A stretch of 64,000 nt of DNA from positions 1,062-65,061 of the forward strand of contig JBJHBT010000005.1 in assembly GCA_050485645.1 (NCBI GenBank), written 5' to 3'. The stretch is from Gammaproteobacteria bacterium (GTDB taxonomy: Bacteria; Pseudomonadota; Gammaproteobacteria; Steroidobacterales; Rariloculaceae). The position numbers and the translations under genes are program-made. The notes beneath the pieces were generated by a model. It searched no databases, had not been told where the DNA came from, and was given only the letters and a program-made list of their open reading frames with translations. Position 1 is the first letter of the stretch, and every line of letters starts with the position of its first letter. Of this stretch, positions 48,151 through 58,104 are shown one piece after another.

Positions 48151-48977
48151 GCGAAGGGCAGACGCAGGTGACGGCGGCCTTCACGCCGGGCGCACGAACG
48201 CCGGACCGCAGGGCGGCGGCTCTGGTGGGCCTGTACACGCTGGTCCGCAAGGAGGTCCGGCGTGTGCTGCGGATCTGGATCCAGACCGTGGTGCCGCCGG
48301 GCATTACGATGACGCTGTATTTCATCATTTTCGGCAGCCTGATCGGTGCGCGCATCGGCGACATGGACGGCGTGCCCTATACGACCTTCATCGCGCCTGG
48401 CCTGATCATGATGGCGGTGATCACGAATTCGTTCGGTAACGTCGTGTCGTCGTTCTTTTCCAGCAAGCTGCAGCTGCACCTGGAGGAGCTGCTGGTTTCG
48501 CCGATGTCGATGAGCAGCATCGTGCTCGGTTTCGTTGTCGGTGGCGTGGTGCGCGGCCTGCTGGTTGCGGCGATGGTGACCGTGGTTGCGCTGTTCTTTA
48601 CCGAGCTGCCGGTTGCGCATCCGCTGATACTGATCGCCGTGCTGATACTGACCGCCACGGTGTTCTCGCTGGCGGGGCTTCTGAACGCGCTGTTCGCGAA
48701 GAAATTCGACGACATCACGATCGTGCCCACCTTCGTGCTCACGCCTTTGACCTATCTGGGCGGCGTATTCTTTTCGATCTCCCTGCTGTCGCCCGTCTGG
48801 CAGGGCATCGCGCGGGCGAACCCCATTCTGTACATGGTGGACGCCTTCCGCTACGGCATGCTGGGTACCTCCAGCATCCCGATCACCACGGCCTTCGCGA
48901 TCATCGTCACCGCGCTGGTGGTGCTGTTCGCGGTGGCGATGTTTCTGCTGAAGCGCGGCTATGGCATTCGCAGTTGA
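48147..48977 (+). CDS. ABC-2 family transporter permease (YadH-like)
   Basis: Six hydrophobic segments, ABC-2 membrane pattern. ATGA overlap with the ATPase gene. Confidence 0.85.
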   Translation: MSEGQTQVTAAFTPGARTPDRRAAALVGLYTLVRKEVRRVLRIWIQTVVPPGITMTLYFIIFGSLIGARIGDMDGVPYTTFIAPGLIMMAVITNSFGNVVSSFFSSKLQLHLEELLVSPMSMSSIVLGFVVGGVVRGLLVAAMVTVVALFFTELPVAHPLILIAVLILTATVFSLAGLLNALFAKKFDDITIVPTFVLTPLTYLGGVFFSISLLSPVWQGIARANPILYMVDAFRYGMLGTSSIPITTAFAIIVTALVVLFAVAMFLLKRGYGIRS

Positions 48978-49119
48978 GATCGGGCGGGTTGCCCGCGGGA
49001 CGTCTCGGCTTCGGTAACGTCTTCTGACGCTGCCGGTGCGTCCCTGCATCGGCCATCATGGCCACCTGCGGCGATGACCGAGCCGCTGGCTTCGCCGGCG
49101 GGCATTGAGCCTGGCCGCG

Positions 49120-49890
49120 TCAGCGGGTGCTGATGCGGAACCGCGTGCCCCGGTAGCTGAGTACGACCTGGTCGGATTCGATGCTGACGACCTGCGGCCC
49201 CTCGCTGAGGGTTTCGCCTTCCCGGTAGCGTGTGCCGTTGATGAAAACGAAGCGTTGTGCGGGGTTGGCGCCGTACATGTGCATTTCCAGGTTCAGGTTC
49301 GGCACCGTGATGCCCTGCGTCGCCAGTTCAAGAATCGTCGGAGGCATATCCGTGGCGGCGCTGGCGCTCCGGCTGCCGTCTGTCTGCGGCCGGGGCGCGC
49401 CGGTTTCTGCCGCCACCGCCGCCGGCGGAGGCGGCGGCGTGCTGACGGTGGGCCGGCTCGCCGCCAGCGTTTCCAGCGGCGAGGTACGCGGCGGCGCCAC
49501 TGCACCTGATGAGTCTGCCGCTCGGGCGATGCCGGATGATCCGGCTGCGGCCGTCTGCCCGGCGGCTGGTGCCCCGGCGCCCGTGGCCGCCAACCGCGGG
49601 ACCGGTTCGAAGGCGCCGGGCGTGTGCTCCAAGCTCTGTGCAGGGCTCTGTGCCTGGGACTGCGACTGCACCGCGGATTGCGCCGGGCCCTGTGATGCGC
49701 CCGGTGTCCCGGTCAGCCACCAGGCACCGGCAAGTACGACCACGCAGAGGGCCAGCATCGCTATCAGGACAACGGACCAGACCGGCGCGCGCTGGCGCGG
49801 TCTGGCAAGTGGTGCGCGCGTGATCGTCGGCACGGCGCCCCGCTGGCGTTCGTTCTCGGACTTCCGCAGTGCGTCGAGTATGAATGACAT
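49120..49890 (-). CDS. gspB: general secretion pathway protein B-like (GspB/ExeB)
   Basis: MSFILDALRKSENERQ N-terminus, one TM, low-complexity A/P/Q/S linker. C-terminal T2SSB-type region NLEMHMYGANPAQRFVFINGTRYREGETL. Starts 1 nt after the gspA stop. Confidence 0.65.
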   Translation of the reverse strand: MSFILDALRKSENERQRGAVPTITRAPLARPRQRAPVWSVVLIAMLALCVVVLAGAWWLTGTPGASQGPAQSAVQSQSQAQSPAQSLEHTPGAFEPVPRLAATGAGAPAAGQTAAAGSSGIARAADSSGAVAPPRTSPLETLAASRPTVSTPPPPPAAVAAETGAPRPQTDGSRSASAATDMPPTILELATQGITVPNLNLEMHMYGANPAQRFVFINGTRYREGETLSEGPQVVSIESDQVVLSYRGTRFRISTR

Positions 49891-49891
49891 G

Positions 49892-51595
49892 TCAGTGCGG
49901 CTTCCGCAGCCAGGGGGTATCGGGGGCGCCGAGATCTGTCGTCAACGTGATCAGCGTCTTGGTGCCGACTATGCCATCCACGGTCAGCAGACGATCGCGC
50001 TGATAGGCGCGCACGGCTGTCTCCAGCTGGCGGTCGTAGACGCGGGAGTCAGGATCGCCGAAGGTTTCGCCGCGCACACGGCCGAGCGCGTCACGCAGCC
50101 AGGGGACGGCCTCGTCCGTGGTGCCCGGCACCAGATCGCGGCTGACCACGGTTTCCGGCCGCCACAGCAACAGATGGCTGCCGAACCAGTGGTGCGTCAG
50201 ATCCGACAATCCGATCTTCCGCGGTCCGTCACCGGCATCGATCTCCGCGTAGTCATAGCCCAGCGCGGTGATGACCACCTGGTATTCCACGCCGCGATCA
50301 CCGCGCAGCGACAGGATCGCCGGTCGGTTCAGGCGTCGCAGCTGGCTGATCGAGCTGCCATTCTCAATCAGGCAGCGCAGGCCAAATGCTTCCGCCTGGT
50401 CACAGGCGGTGCCGTCGTCGGGTTCGTAGGTCGCACCCCACAGGCTGAACAGGCGTGTGACCGCGGTGTCGGTGGCGAACGAAATCGACGGGTCGTCGAG
50501 CAGTTCGCGCAGACTCACATAGCGCTGCGCGCTTTCCGGCGCGGCTGTGCCGGCGGAAGGCGTTCCCATCAACGATGGCGCTTCTTCCGACGTTCCCTGA
50601 GGTGTCAGTTCCGCAACCGGTCCCGCGCCATCGGTGGCGCGCGCGGAGGCGGCATCGACGCTCGCCGGCTGCCACCGCAGCCACGCCATCGACAGTACGA
50701 TCGACAGCAGCACGGTGCCGGCCAGCATGCCGGCGGCCGACCAGCTCAGCCACATCGGCATCCCGCGGCCGCCGAACACCTCGGCGGCCGCCTGCCTGAC
50801 GAGCCGTCTGTCGACACGCGTGCTGTCGCGTGTATAGGCGGCGAGCAGCGCGTGGTCGGCGATGACATTGATGAGCCGGGGAATGCCGCCCGACTGGCGG
50901 TAGATTTCGCGGATCGCCGAGGGCTCGAAGACATCCGGGTGTCCGCCGGCGACGCGGATGCGGTGACTGATGTAGGCAACGGTGTCGTCCCAGTCCAGCG
51001 GTTCCAGGTGGTAACGGCCGGTGATGCGCTGTGCCACCTGGCGCATCTCCCTGCGGTCCAGCAGGTCGCGCAGCTCGGGCTGGCCGATCAGGATGATCTG
51101 CAGCAGTTTCTGCCGGGCCGTTTCCAGGTTGGTCAGCAGCCGCACCTGTTCCAGCAGCTCGGCATCCAGGGTCTGCGCTTCGTCGACGATCAGAACGATG
51201 CGGCGGCCGGCGGCATGCGCTTCCAGCAGATGCCGGTTGAGTGCGTCGATCAGCCCCTTCACCGTGTTTTCCTCGGGCGGCGCAACCTGCAGTTCGCTGC
51301 AGATTGCCTGAAGGAACTCGAGGCGCGTGAGCTGCGGGTTCAGTATCAGCGCGATCTGCGCGCTGTCGTTGCGCTGTTCCAGCAGGCTGCGTACCAGTGT
51401 GGTCTTGCCGGTGCCGACCTCGCCGGTGAGCTGTATGAAACCTCCGCTTTCGGATACGCCGTACACCAGATGCGCCAGGGCATCGGTATGACGCGCGCTC
51501 AGGTACAGATAACGCGGGTCCGGTGTGATCGCGAATGGCTTCTCGTTCAACCCGAAAAATTCGGTGTACACGGCTGCGATTCCTGTTGGTTGCAA
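49892..51595 (-). CDS. gspA: ExeA/GspA-type AAA ATPase with C-terminal peptidoglycan-binding domain
   Basis: FFGLNEKPFAITPDPRYLYLSARH, LTGEVGTGKTTL Walker A, one TM, C-terminal PG_binding-like YDRQLETAVRAYQRDRLLTVDGIVGTKTL. Confidence 0.85.
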   Translation of the reverse strand: MQPTGIAAVYTEFFGLNEKPFAITPDPRYLYLSARHTDALAHLVYGVSESGGFIQLTGEVGTGKTTLVRSLLEQRNDSAQIALILNPQLTRLEFLQAICSELQVAPPEENTVKGLIDALNRHLLEAHAAGRRIVLIVDEAQTLDAELLEQVRLLTNLETARQKLLQIILIGQPELRDLLDRREMRQVAQRITGRYHLEPLDWDDTVAYISHRIRVAGGHPDVFEPSAIREIYRQSGGIPRLINVIADHALLAAYTRDSTRVDRRLVRQAAAEVFGGRGMPMWLSWSAAGMLAGTVLLSIVLSMAWLRWQPASVDAASARATDGAGPVAELTPQGTSEEAPSLMGTPSAGTAAPESAQRYVSLRELLDDPSISFATDTAVTRLFSLWGATYEPDDGTACDQAEAFGLRCLIENGSSISQLRRLNRPAILSLRGDRGVEYQVVITALGYDYAEIDAGDGPRKIGLSDLTHHWFGSHLLLWRPETVVSRDLVPGTTDEAVPWLRDALGRVRGETFGDPDSRVYDRQLETAVRAYQRDRLLTVDGIVGTKTLITLTTDLGAPDTPWLRKPH

Positions 51596-51631
51596 ATCCG
51601 GTTTCCCGGCGCCGCCCCAGGGGGTTACGGG

Positions 51632-52129
51632 TTACCGCACGCGAATCGTGATCACGTCCGACATGATGGGCGGGTCATGCGGAATGTGCAGATGGTCGCC
51701 AACCAGCAGCTGCAGGCGGTGCTCGCCCGGTGGCAGCTCGATCTCCGCTTCGGTCTGTCCGTTGCCGAAGTGAACATGACGTTCGTCTGCCGGAATCGGC
51801 ATGTCCATTGGCGGCGGGGAAGTATTGATCAGCAGGTGATGGTGGCCGGTATCGGGATGATTCACGCCGACAGGCGCAACCCCGGCGTTTTCGAGGCCGA
51901 AGATGACGCGTACCGGACTTTCAACCTCGTCGCCGTCCGACGGACTGATGAAATACACAGCCGCGTCCGCCGGGGCCGGCTGTCGCGGCAGGCCGGACGC
52001 CTGTGGCGGTGGGGCCGCTGTCGTCGCCGGCGGCTGCGTGACATCCGGCGGAGTCGAGCCACGCTGGCCGCAGCCGTAGACGGTCAGGCAGAGGCACAGT
52101 ACCAGTGCAGGATGTAAGCGGATGCGCAT
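51632..52129 (-). CDS. DUF4399-like secreted/lipoprotein
   Basis: ORF trimmed to ATG 52129 (GGGAGA upstream). Signal MRIRLHPALVLCLCLTVYGC. HPDTGHHHLLIN motif that I associate with DUF4399. Confidence 0.6.
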   Translation of the reverse strand: MRIRLHPALVLCLCLTVYGCGQRGSTPPDVTQPPATTAAPPPQASGLPRQPAPADAAVYFISPSDGDEVESPVRVIFGLENAGVAPVGVNHPDTGHHHLLINTSPPPMDMPIPADERHVHFGNGQTEAEIELPPGEHRLQLLVGDHLHIPHDPPIMSDVITIRVR

Positions 52130-52242
52130 TGCGGATCTCCCGAATGTCGACTTTGGTTCCGAATGAGCCCACAAATGTAACATGGCCAACCCCCTGCCCC
52201 CGAGTCCGGGCATGCATGGAAGCCGGGGGCGGGCCGCGCGGC

Positions 52243-54684
52243 TCAGGCGCGCGGTGCGCCGGGTATCAGGGCGGCCGGATCGAAGTCGTCGACGTTGATC
52301 AGCACCATGGCCTTGTCGTCGAACTCCCTGATCCGTCTTGCCTCGTCGGCACTCAGCACACCGAGCCGCTCGGCTTCTTCAATCTGCCCCGGGGTGTCCG
52401 ATGCCTTGATCCGGCCCGCCCGACGTGCGTCGAAGACCTTGCGTTCCAGCGACTTGATCGACTCGGCGAGCTCCAGTGCTTCCTGGAGCAGGCCCAGCGG
52501 ATTTCCCGGTTCAAGTGCCTTGTAGGCACAGTCCGCCAGCCGTTCGCGGGTCTGGGTCGGATTGATGATCAGTTCGACGATCTGCTGACCCAGTTCATCC
52601 GACGGCGACGAAAAACTGCGGCCGCGCGGAAACACCAGAATCCGCAGCACGAAGGCCACCCAGCGGTTGGGCAGGTTGCGCAGCAGGCTGTGAAGCTGCT
52701 CCTGCGCCTTGTAGAGCAGCGTGCGGCATGCCCACTCCACCAGCGGCCGATCGGCGGCCGGCTCCCCGTCGTCGCGGTGATTCTTGAGGACCATGGAAGC
52801 CAGGTACAGATAGCTGAGTACGTCGCCCAGGCGCGCCGACAGCAGTTCCTTGCGCTTGAGCTCGCCGCCCAGTGTCAGCATCGCGGCATCGGCTACCAGT
52901 GCGAAGGCGGCACTGAAGCGATTGATGTGCTGGTAATAGCGACGCATGTCACCCTGAGCCGGCACAGTGGTGAGGCGCGCCGCCGTGAGGCCCATGACCA
53001 GCGCTCGTGCGGCGTTCGACAGCCCGTAGCCGATGTGCGCGAACAGCAGGCGGTCGAAGTCCAGCAGCCCTTTTTCTTCGTCCTCATCATTCGCCGCCGC
53101 CATTTCAGCGAGCACGTACGGATGGCAGCGGATCGCGCCCTGGCCGAAGATGATCAGACTGCGCGTGAGAATATTGGCGCCCTCGACGGTGATGGAAATC
53201 GGTACCCCCTGATAGCCGCGCGCCAGATAGTTCTTTGGTCCGAGCATGATGGCCTTGCCGCCATGCACGTCCATTGCATCGTTGGCCACCTGCCGTCCCA
53301 TCTCGGTGTTGTGACACTTGAGAATGGCTGATGGCACGGAGGGCTGTTCACCGGCATTCAGAGCCGCACAGGTGACACGGGAAGCGGATTTCATGATGTA
53401 GGTGAGACCGGCCATGCGTGCCAGCGCCTCACCCACGCCATGGAACTTGCCGATGGGCAGATTGAACTGGCGCCGTATGCGGGCATAGGCGCCGGAGGCA
53501 TAGACCGCCGCCATGGCGCCGCCCAGCGCGTTGCTGGGCAGCGTGATGCCGCGGCCCACGGACAGCAGCTGAACCAGCATGCGCCAGCCCTGTCCGGCCA
53601 TTTTCGGGCCACCGATGATGTGGTCCAGCGGCACGAACACGTCCTTGCCGCGCGTCGGGCCGTTCTGGAATGGCACATTGATCGGAAAATGCCGGCGCCC
53701 GATCTCCACGCCCGGCAGGCTGGTGGGAATCAGCGCCGACGTGATGCCGTACTCGTCCTTGTCGCCGATCAGGTGATCGGGGTCATACAGCTTGAACGCA
53801 AGGCCGAGTACGGTCGCGATCGGCGCCAGTGTGATGTAGCGCTTGCTCCAGTTCAGGCGCAGCCCGATGACTTCCTCGCCATCCCATTCGCCGCGACAGA
53901 CGACGCCGGTGTCGGTGATCGCCGTGGCGTCGGAGCCTGCACGCGGCGATGTGAGCGCAAAACAGGGCACCTCGGCGCCGCTGGCAAGGCCCGGCAGCCA
54001 GCGCTGTTTCTGCTCGTCGGTACCATAGTGCAGCAGCAGTTCCGACGGACCCAGCGAGTTCGGTACGCCGATGGTCGATGACACGGTGGTGTTGCGCGAG
54101 GAAATCCGGGTCAGGATGATGGAATTGGCCAGCGGCGAGAAACCCAGGCCGCCGTACTCCTTGGGAATGATCATCGCGAAGAAGCCCTTCTTCTTGATGA
54201 AATCCCAGACTTCTTCGGGCATGTCACACAGTTCGTGGGTGATCTGCCAGTCATCCAGCATGCTGCACAGTTCGTTTGTCGGGCCATCGAGAAACGCCTG
54301 CTCCTCGTCGGTGAGGCTCGGCGCAGGCAGTTCCAGCAGCTTGCTCCAGCGCGGCATGCCGGAAAACAGCTCGCCTTCCCACCACACGTTGCCGGCGTCC
54401 AGCGCCTCCTGTTCGGTTCTGGACATCGTCGGCAGCATGCGCCGGAAAGTCCCGAGCACCGGCCGGGAGATCCGTTCGCGCCGGATCTCATCGAAATTCA
54501 GCGCCGCGAATGCCGCGAACAGCAACCACAGGCACAGTTTCCAGGCCCAGCCGGCCGGTCCGAAAAGGGTGTAGATGACGAGCACGCCACCGAGCAGGGC
54601 GGTCGCGCTGCGCAGATCGGTGCGCCGGTAGGCCAGTGCGATGGGGGTCGCGATGCCGACCAGCAGCCAGAACAGTGTTGCCAC
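52243..54684 (-). CDS. fadE: large membrane-anchored acyl-CoA dehydrogenase (FadE type)
   Basis: 813 aa. N-terminal TM segments, ACAD middle and C-terminal domains (FALTSPRAGSDA, TVEGANILTRSLIIFGQGA). GTG 54684 has GAGGTGA upstream. Confidence 0.92.
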   Translation of the reverse strand: MATLFWLLVGIATPIALAYRRTDLRSATALLGGVLVIYTLFGPAGWAWKLCLWLLFAAFAALNFDEIRRERISRPVLGTFRRMLPTMSRTEQEALDAGNVWWEGELFSGMPRWSKLLELPAPSLTDEEQAFLDGPTNELCSMLDDWQITHELCDMPEEVWDFIKKKGFFAMIIPKEYGGLGFSPLANSIILTRISSRNTTVSSTIGVPNSLGPSELLLHYGTDEQKQRWLPGLASGAEVPCFALTSPRAGSDATAITDTGVVCRGEWDGEEVIGLRLNWSKRYITLAPIATVLGLAFKLYDPDHLIGDKDEYGITSALIPTSLPGVEIGRRHFPINVPFQNGPTRGKDVFVPLDHIIGGPKMAGQGWRMLVQLLSVGRGITLPSNALGGAMAAVYASGAYARIRRQFNLPIGKFHGVGEALARMAGLTYIMKSASRVTCAALNAGEQPSVPSAILKCHNTEMGRQVANDAMDVHGGKAIMLGPKNYLARGYQGVPISITVEGANILTRSLIIFGQGAIRCHPYVLAEMAAANDEDEEKGLLDFDRLLFAHIGYGLSNAARALVMGLTAARLTTVPAQGDMRRYYQHINRFSAAFALVADAAMLTLGGELKRKELLSARLGDVLSYLYLASMVLKNHRDDGEPAADRPLVEWACRTLLYKAQEQLHSLLRNLPNRWVAFVLRILVFPRGRSFSSPSDELGQQIVELIINPTQTRERLADCAYKALEPGNPLGLLQEALELAESIKSLERKVFDARRAGRIKASDTPGQIEEAERLGVLSADEARRIREFDDKAMVLINVDDFDPAALIPGAPRA

Positions 54685-54708
54685 GATCTCACCTCATTGC
54701 ATGGGTCG

Positions 54709-54741
54709 CGCGGACACTATTGCATACGTCACGCGGACACT
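54709..54741. promoter_or_regulatory. 10-nt perfect direct repeat in fadE upstream region
   Basis: CGCGGACACT at 54709-54718 and 54732-54741 (period 23 nt), 25-57 nt upstream of the fadE start codon. On the fadE sense strand it reads AGTGTCCGCG twice. Confidence 0.35.
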
Positions 54742-54800
54742 GCCATCCGGCGGCAGCCGCTGGCGCCCCGGCCGGACACCGGACTCCGCAGTCGCGGCTG

Positions 54801-55787
54801 TCAGAGCAGGTCGGCGACGCCTTCCCGCTCTTCGCGCAGTTCGACCTCGGTCGTTTCCATCCTGCCGCGACCGAAGTCGTCGATGGCCAGCCCCTGGACG
54901 ATGCTGTAGTCGCCGTCCCGACAGGTGACCGGGTATGAATACACGATGCCTTCGCCGATGTCGTAGCTGCCATCCGACGCAACGCCCATGCTCACCCAGC
55001 GATCGCCGGTGCCCAGTGCCCAGTCGCGCATGTGGTCGATCGCCGCCGAAGCGGCCGAAGCGGCCGACGATGCACCGCGCGCCTTGATGATCGCCGCGCC
55101 GCGCTGCTGCACCTGCGGGATGAATTCGTCGTGATACCAGTCTTTCGAGACCAGATCCAGCGCCGGTTTGGCATTCACGAGGGCATGGGCAAGATCCGGA
55201 AACTGGGTGGCGGAGTGATTGCCCCAGATCACGACCCTGTCGACGTTCGCAACCTGAGTGGCCGTCTTCGTGGCCAGCATGGCAGCGGCGCGATTGTGGT
55301 CCAGCCGCGTCATCGCGGTGAAGTTGCGCGGGTTGAGGTCTTTCGCATTCTCGCGCGCAATGAGGGCGTTGGTGTTCGCGGGGTTGCCGACGACCAGCAC
55401 CTTGACATCGCGGCTGGCGTTGTCGTTCAGCGCCTGCCCCTGCGCGGAAAAAATCTTCGCGTTCTCCAGCAGAAGATCCTTGCGTTCCATGCCGGGACCG
55501 CGCGGCCTGGCGCCAACCAGCAGCGCGAAGTCGGCATCGCGGAATGCGGTGGCCGGATCGTCGGTGGTCACCACGCCGTGCAGCGTGGCGAAGGCGCAAT
55601 CGTCCAGCTCCATGGCAACGCCCTGAAGGGCTCCCAGCGCCGGAGGAATTTCCAGCAACTGAAGGACGACCGGCGTGTCGGTACCGAGCATCTGTCCGGA
55701 AGCGATGCGGAATGCGAGCTGATAGCCGATCTGTCCTGCGGCGCCGGTAATCGCGATACGCACGGGTGTGCTGGTTTTGCCGTTCAT
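54801..55787 (-). CDS. mdh: malate dehydrogenase (LDH-like, cytosolic-type MDH)
   Basis: [40 protein letters not shown] motifs. Confidence 0.95.
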   Translation of the reverse strand: MNGKTSTPVRIAITGAAGQIGYQLAFRIASGQMLGTDTPVVLQLLEIPPALGALQGVAMELDDCAFATLHGVVTTDDPATAFRDADFALLVGARPRGPGMERKDLLLENAKIFSAQGQALNDNASRDVKVLVVGNPANTNALIARENAKDLNPRNFTAMTRLDHNRAAAMLATKTATQVANVDRVVIWGNHSATQFPDLAHALVNAKPALDLVSKDWYHDEFIPQVQQRGAAIIKARGASSAASAASAAIDHMRDWALGTGDRWVSMGVASDGSYDIGEGIVYSYPVTCRDGDYSIVQGLAIDDFGRGRMETTEVELREEREGVADLL

Positions 55788-55910
55788 GGTTGTTGTTCAG
55801 TCCTTTGCGGGATGTTCGTGCCGCCGCCTTGCGCGGTGCCTTGCGGATTCTAGCAGCCTGCCGGACGGTGGATCATTCATGCCGGGGTACGTGTATCTGT
55901 GCGGCTCGAA

Positions 55911-57083
55911 TCATCGGGTCCGCGCCGCGGGTTGGCGACCATTGCCGGCGGGTGGCGATTCGCCGCCCGCCTGACCATTGTCATCGGCATCGCCGCTCTG
56001 GCGGACGTCGGTGCCGTACTTTTTCAGCAGGCCGCGAAACTGATGGTAGGTCAGGCCCAGCAGTTCCGCCGCGGTTGTCTGTCTGAAACGCGCGGACTCC
56101 AGCGCCCTGTTCAGCAGTGTCCGCTCGAAATCGGCAACGGCGGCGCGAAAGTCGGTCGGGATGGCCGGCGCGGAGGGCGAAGTCGCTGAGGCGGCGTGGT
56201 GCGACGGTGCCCGGGATGAAGAATCGTGTGCGCCGGCACCACGACCGCTATCGGTGATCGGGTCCGCCCCTTCGTGATGGTCTTCGCCGCCAGGGGCGAA
56301 CGGCGAATCGAACGGGTCGAACAGGATCGCGGCGATGGGCGCCTCCGGGTCTTCGCTGCGATACACGCTTCGTTCCACCGCATTCTTCAATTCGCGCACG
56401 TTGCCAGGCCACGGGTGCGCGCGCAGCAAGGCGCTGGCCTGACTGGTGAATCCGGGAAACAGGTCACGCCCGAGTTCGGCGCTGACATTGATTGCGAAGT
56501 GGTAGGCGAGCGCGTCGACGTCCTCCGGACGGGCGCGCAGTGGCGGCACATGAATCACATCGAACGCCAGGCGGTCGAGCAGGTCGGCACGGAATTTCCC
56601 GCTCCGGGTAAGCGCCGGCAGGTTCTCGTTGGTGACGCCGACCACACGCACGTCGGTGGTGAGCGTGTCCGTGCCGCCAACGCGCTGGAACTCACCGTAT
56701 TCAATCGCGCGCAGAATCTTTTCCTGCATGCGCAGCGGAATCGTGCCCAGCTCATCGAGCACCAGGGTGCCGCCGTCGGCCTGTTCAAAGCGCCCGATAT
56801 GTCGTCGCGACGCGCCGGTAAAGGCGCCGGCCTCGTGACCGAACAGTTCGGTCTCGAGCAGCGTCTCGGTGAGCGCGGCGCAGTTCACCTTCACCAGCGG
56901 CTGATCCCAGCGATTGGAGAGATAGTGCAGGCGCGCGGCAATGAGCTCCTTGCCTGTGCCGCGCTCGCCGATCACCAGTACCGGCTTGGGCAGCGGCGCG
57001 GCCCGCGCCACGTGTTCCAGCATGGCCAGAAACACCGGCGCTTCGCCAATCAGGGAGACTGATTCCGGGCGTGCCCGACTCAT
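55911..57083 (-). CDS. pspF: sigma54-dependent psp operon transcriptional activator PspF
   Basis: No receiver domain. AAA+ core GERGTGKELIA, GAFTGA loop (HEAGAFTGA), C-terminal HTH (TAAELLGLTYHQFRGLLKK). Divergent from pspA. Confidence 0.92.
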   Translation of the reverse strand: MSRARPESVSLIGEAPVFLAMLEHVARAAPLPKPVLVIGERGTGKELIAARLHYLSNRWDQPLVKVNCAALTETLLETELFGHEAGAFTGASRRHIGRFEQADGGTLVLDELGTIPLRMQEKILRAIEYGEFQRVGGTDTLTTDVRVVGVTNENLPALTRSGKFRADLLDRLAFDVIHVPPLRARPEDVDALAYHFAINVSAELGRDLFPGFTSQASALLRAHPWPGNVRELKNAVERSVYRSEDPEAPIAAILFDPFDSPFAPGGEDHHEGADPITDSGRGAGAHDSSSRAPSHHAASATSPSAPAIPTDFRAAVADFERTLLNRALESARFRQTTAAELLGLTYHQFRGLLKKYGTDVRQSGDADDNGQAGGESPPAGNGRQPAARTR

Positions 57084-57354
57084 TCAAATGTCCTGCCAAC
57101 AGTTCGCGCGGGGCGCCAGATACTAGCTGTTTTCGCCCGCAGGCACATCTGTCCGAGAGGGCGATCGAGGAATGCCGCTCCGTGAGGTCGGTGTCTTTCG
57201 CCGATACCGGGGGCGAACGAGGCTGCGGATGGCGCCAATGATTGGTATCAGCCGCGACATGTTGGTGAGGAAAGCCAGATCGTGATCCCCGCTGAGTCCC
57301 GGAGGCGGGGCGAAAACCAAGCAAATACAAACACTTGACGTCATTCTCGGCGGG

Positions 57355-57369
57355 TGGCACGAATTCTGC
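57355..57369 (+). promoter_or_regulatory. sigma54 (-24/-12) promoter of pspABC
   Basis: TGGCACgaattCTGC: GG at 57356-57357 and GC at 57368-57369 with canonical spacing. Lies 52 nt upstream of the pspA ATG, next to a divergent PspF gene. Confidence 0.75.
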
Positions 57370-57420
57370 TCTATCTCTGCCAGGCACAGGGCCTGTCATG
57401 AATGGTAGAGGGACACGCCA

Positions 57421-58104
57421 ATGGGTATCTTTTCACGCTTCACCGACATCGTTAATTCCAACATCAATTCGATACTGGACAAGGCCGAGGACCCGGAAAA
57501 GCTGGTCCGGCTGATGATTCAGGAGATGCAGGACACGCTGGTCGAAGTGCGCTCGGCCGCCGCCCGCGCAATAGCCGACAGGAAGGACCTGACGCGCAAG
57601 CTGCAGGCCCTGGATGCCGAGCGGCGCGACTGGGAGGCAAAGGCGGAATTGGCGCTGGATCGCGGCCGCGACGATCTCGCCAAGGCGGCGCTCGCGGAGA
57701 AGGCGCATCTGGCGGCCTCGGCCGACTCGATGAACGCGCACCGCGCCGAGCTCGACGACAGCCTCGCCAGGCTCAACGACGACATCTCGCGCCTGGAGAG
57801 CAAGCTTGCCGATGCCCGCACGCGGCAGAAGGCCATCGTTTCCAGGCATCAGACAGTCAGTCGCAGCCTCAAGGTGCGCGAGCGACTGCATGACGACCGT
57901 ATCGATGACGCGCTGATGCGCTTTGAGCGGTTCGAGCGTCGGGTTGATGAAATCGAAGGCCGGGTCGAGGCGTATGATCTGGGTGCGAAAAAGAGTCTGC
58001 ACCAGGAGTTCTCCGATCTGGAGTCCTCCGATGCCATCGAAAAGGAGCTGGAAGCCTTGAAGAACCGACGCAGCGGCAGAGGTCATGACGGAGAGCGAAG
58101 CTGA
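57421..58104 (+). CDS. pspA: phage shock protein A
   Basis: MGIFSRFTDIVNSNINSILDKAEDPEKLVRLMIQEM is the canonical PspA/IM30 N-terminus. Confidence 0.95.
   Translation: MGIFSRFTDIVNSNINSILDKAEDPEKLVRLMIQEMQDTLVEVRSAAARAIADRKDLTRKLQALDAERRDWEAKAELALDRGRDDLAKAALAEKAHLAASADSMNAHRAELDDSLARLNDDISRLESKLADARTRQKAIVSRHQTVSRSLKVRERLHDDRIDDALMRFERFERRVDEIEGRVEAYDLGAKKSLHQEFSDLESSDAIEKELEALKNRRSGRGHDGERS

Noticed and set aside
49500-49720. Repetitive-looking DNA inside gspB (repeated CTCTGTGCAGGGCTCTGTGCCTGGGACTGCGACTGC-like units)
   Set aside because: Corresponds to the low-complexity Q/S/A/P linker (QSQSQAQSPAQS) of a GspB-type protein. Imperfect and explained by the coding sequence.
49232-52117. 961-aa plus-strand ORF, the second-longest entry in the ORF track
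   Set aside because: Spans the antisense of three separately recognisable genes (gspB, gspA, DUF4399-like). No conserved motifs; composition is typical of an antisense frame.
55788-55910. Three CCTTGCG(G)-like motifs in the mdh upstream region
   Set aside because: Too short and GC-rich to distinguish from chance in this composition. No symmetric arrangement.
57084-57354. PspF upstream activating sites / IHF site in the pspF-pspA spacer, e.g. palindrome CCAATGATTGG at 57235-57245
   Set aside because: Only one short palindrome, and no match I can defend to known PspF UAS or IHF consensus. Reported only the sigma54 -24/-12 element.
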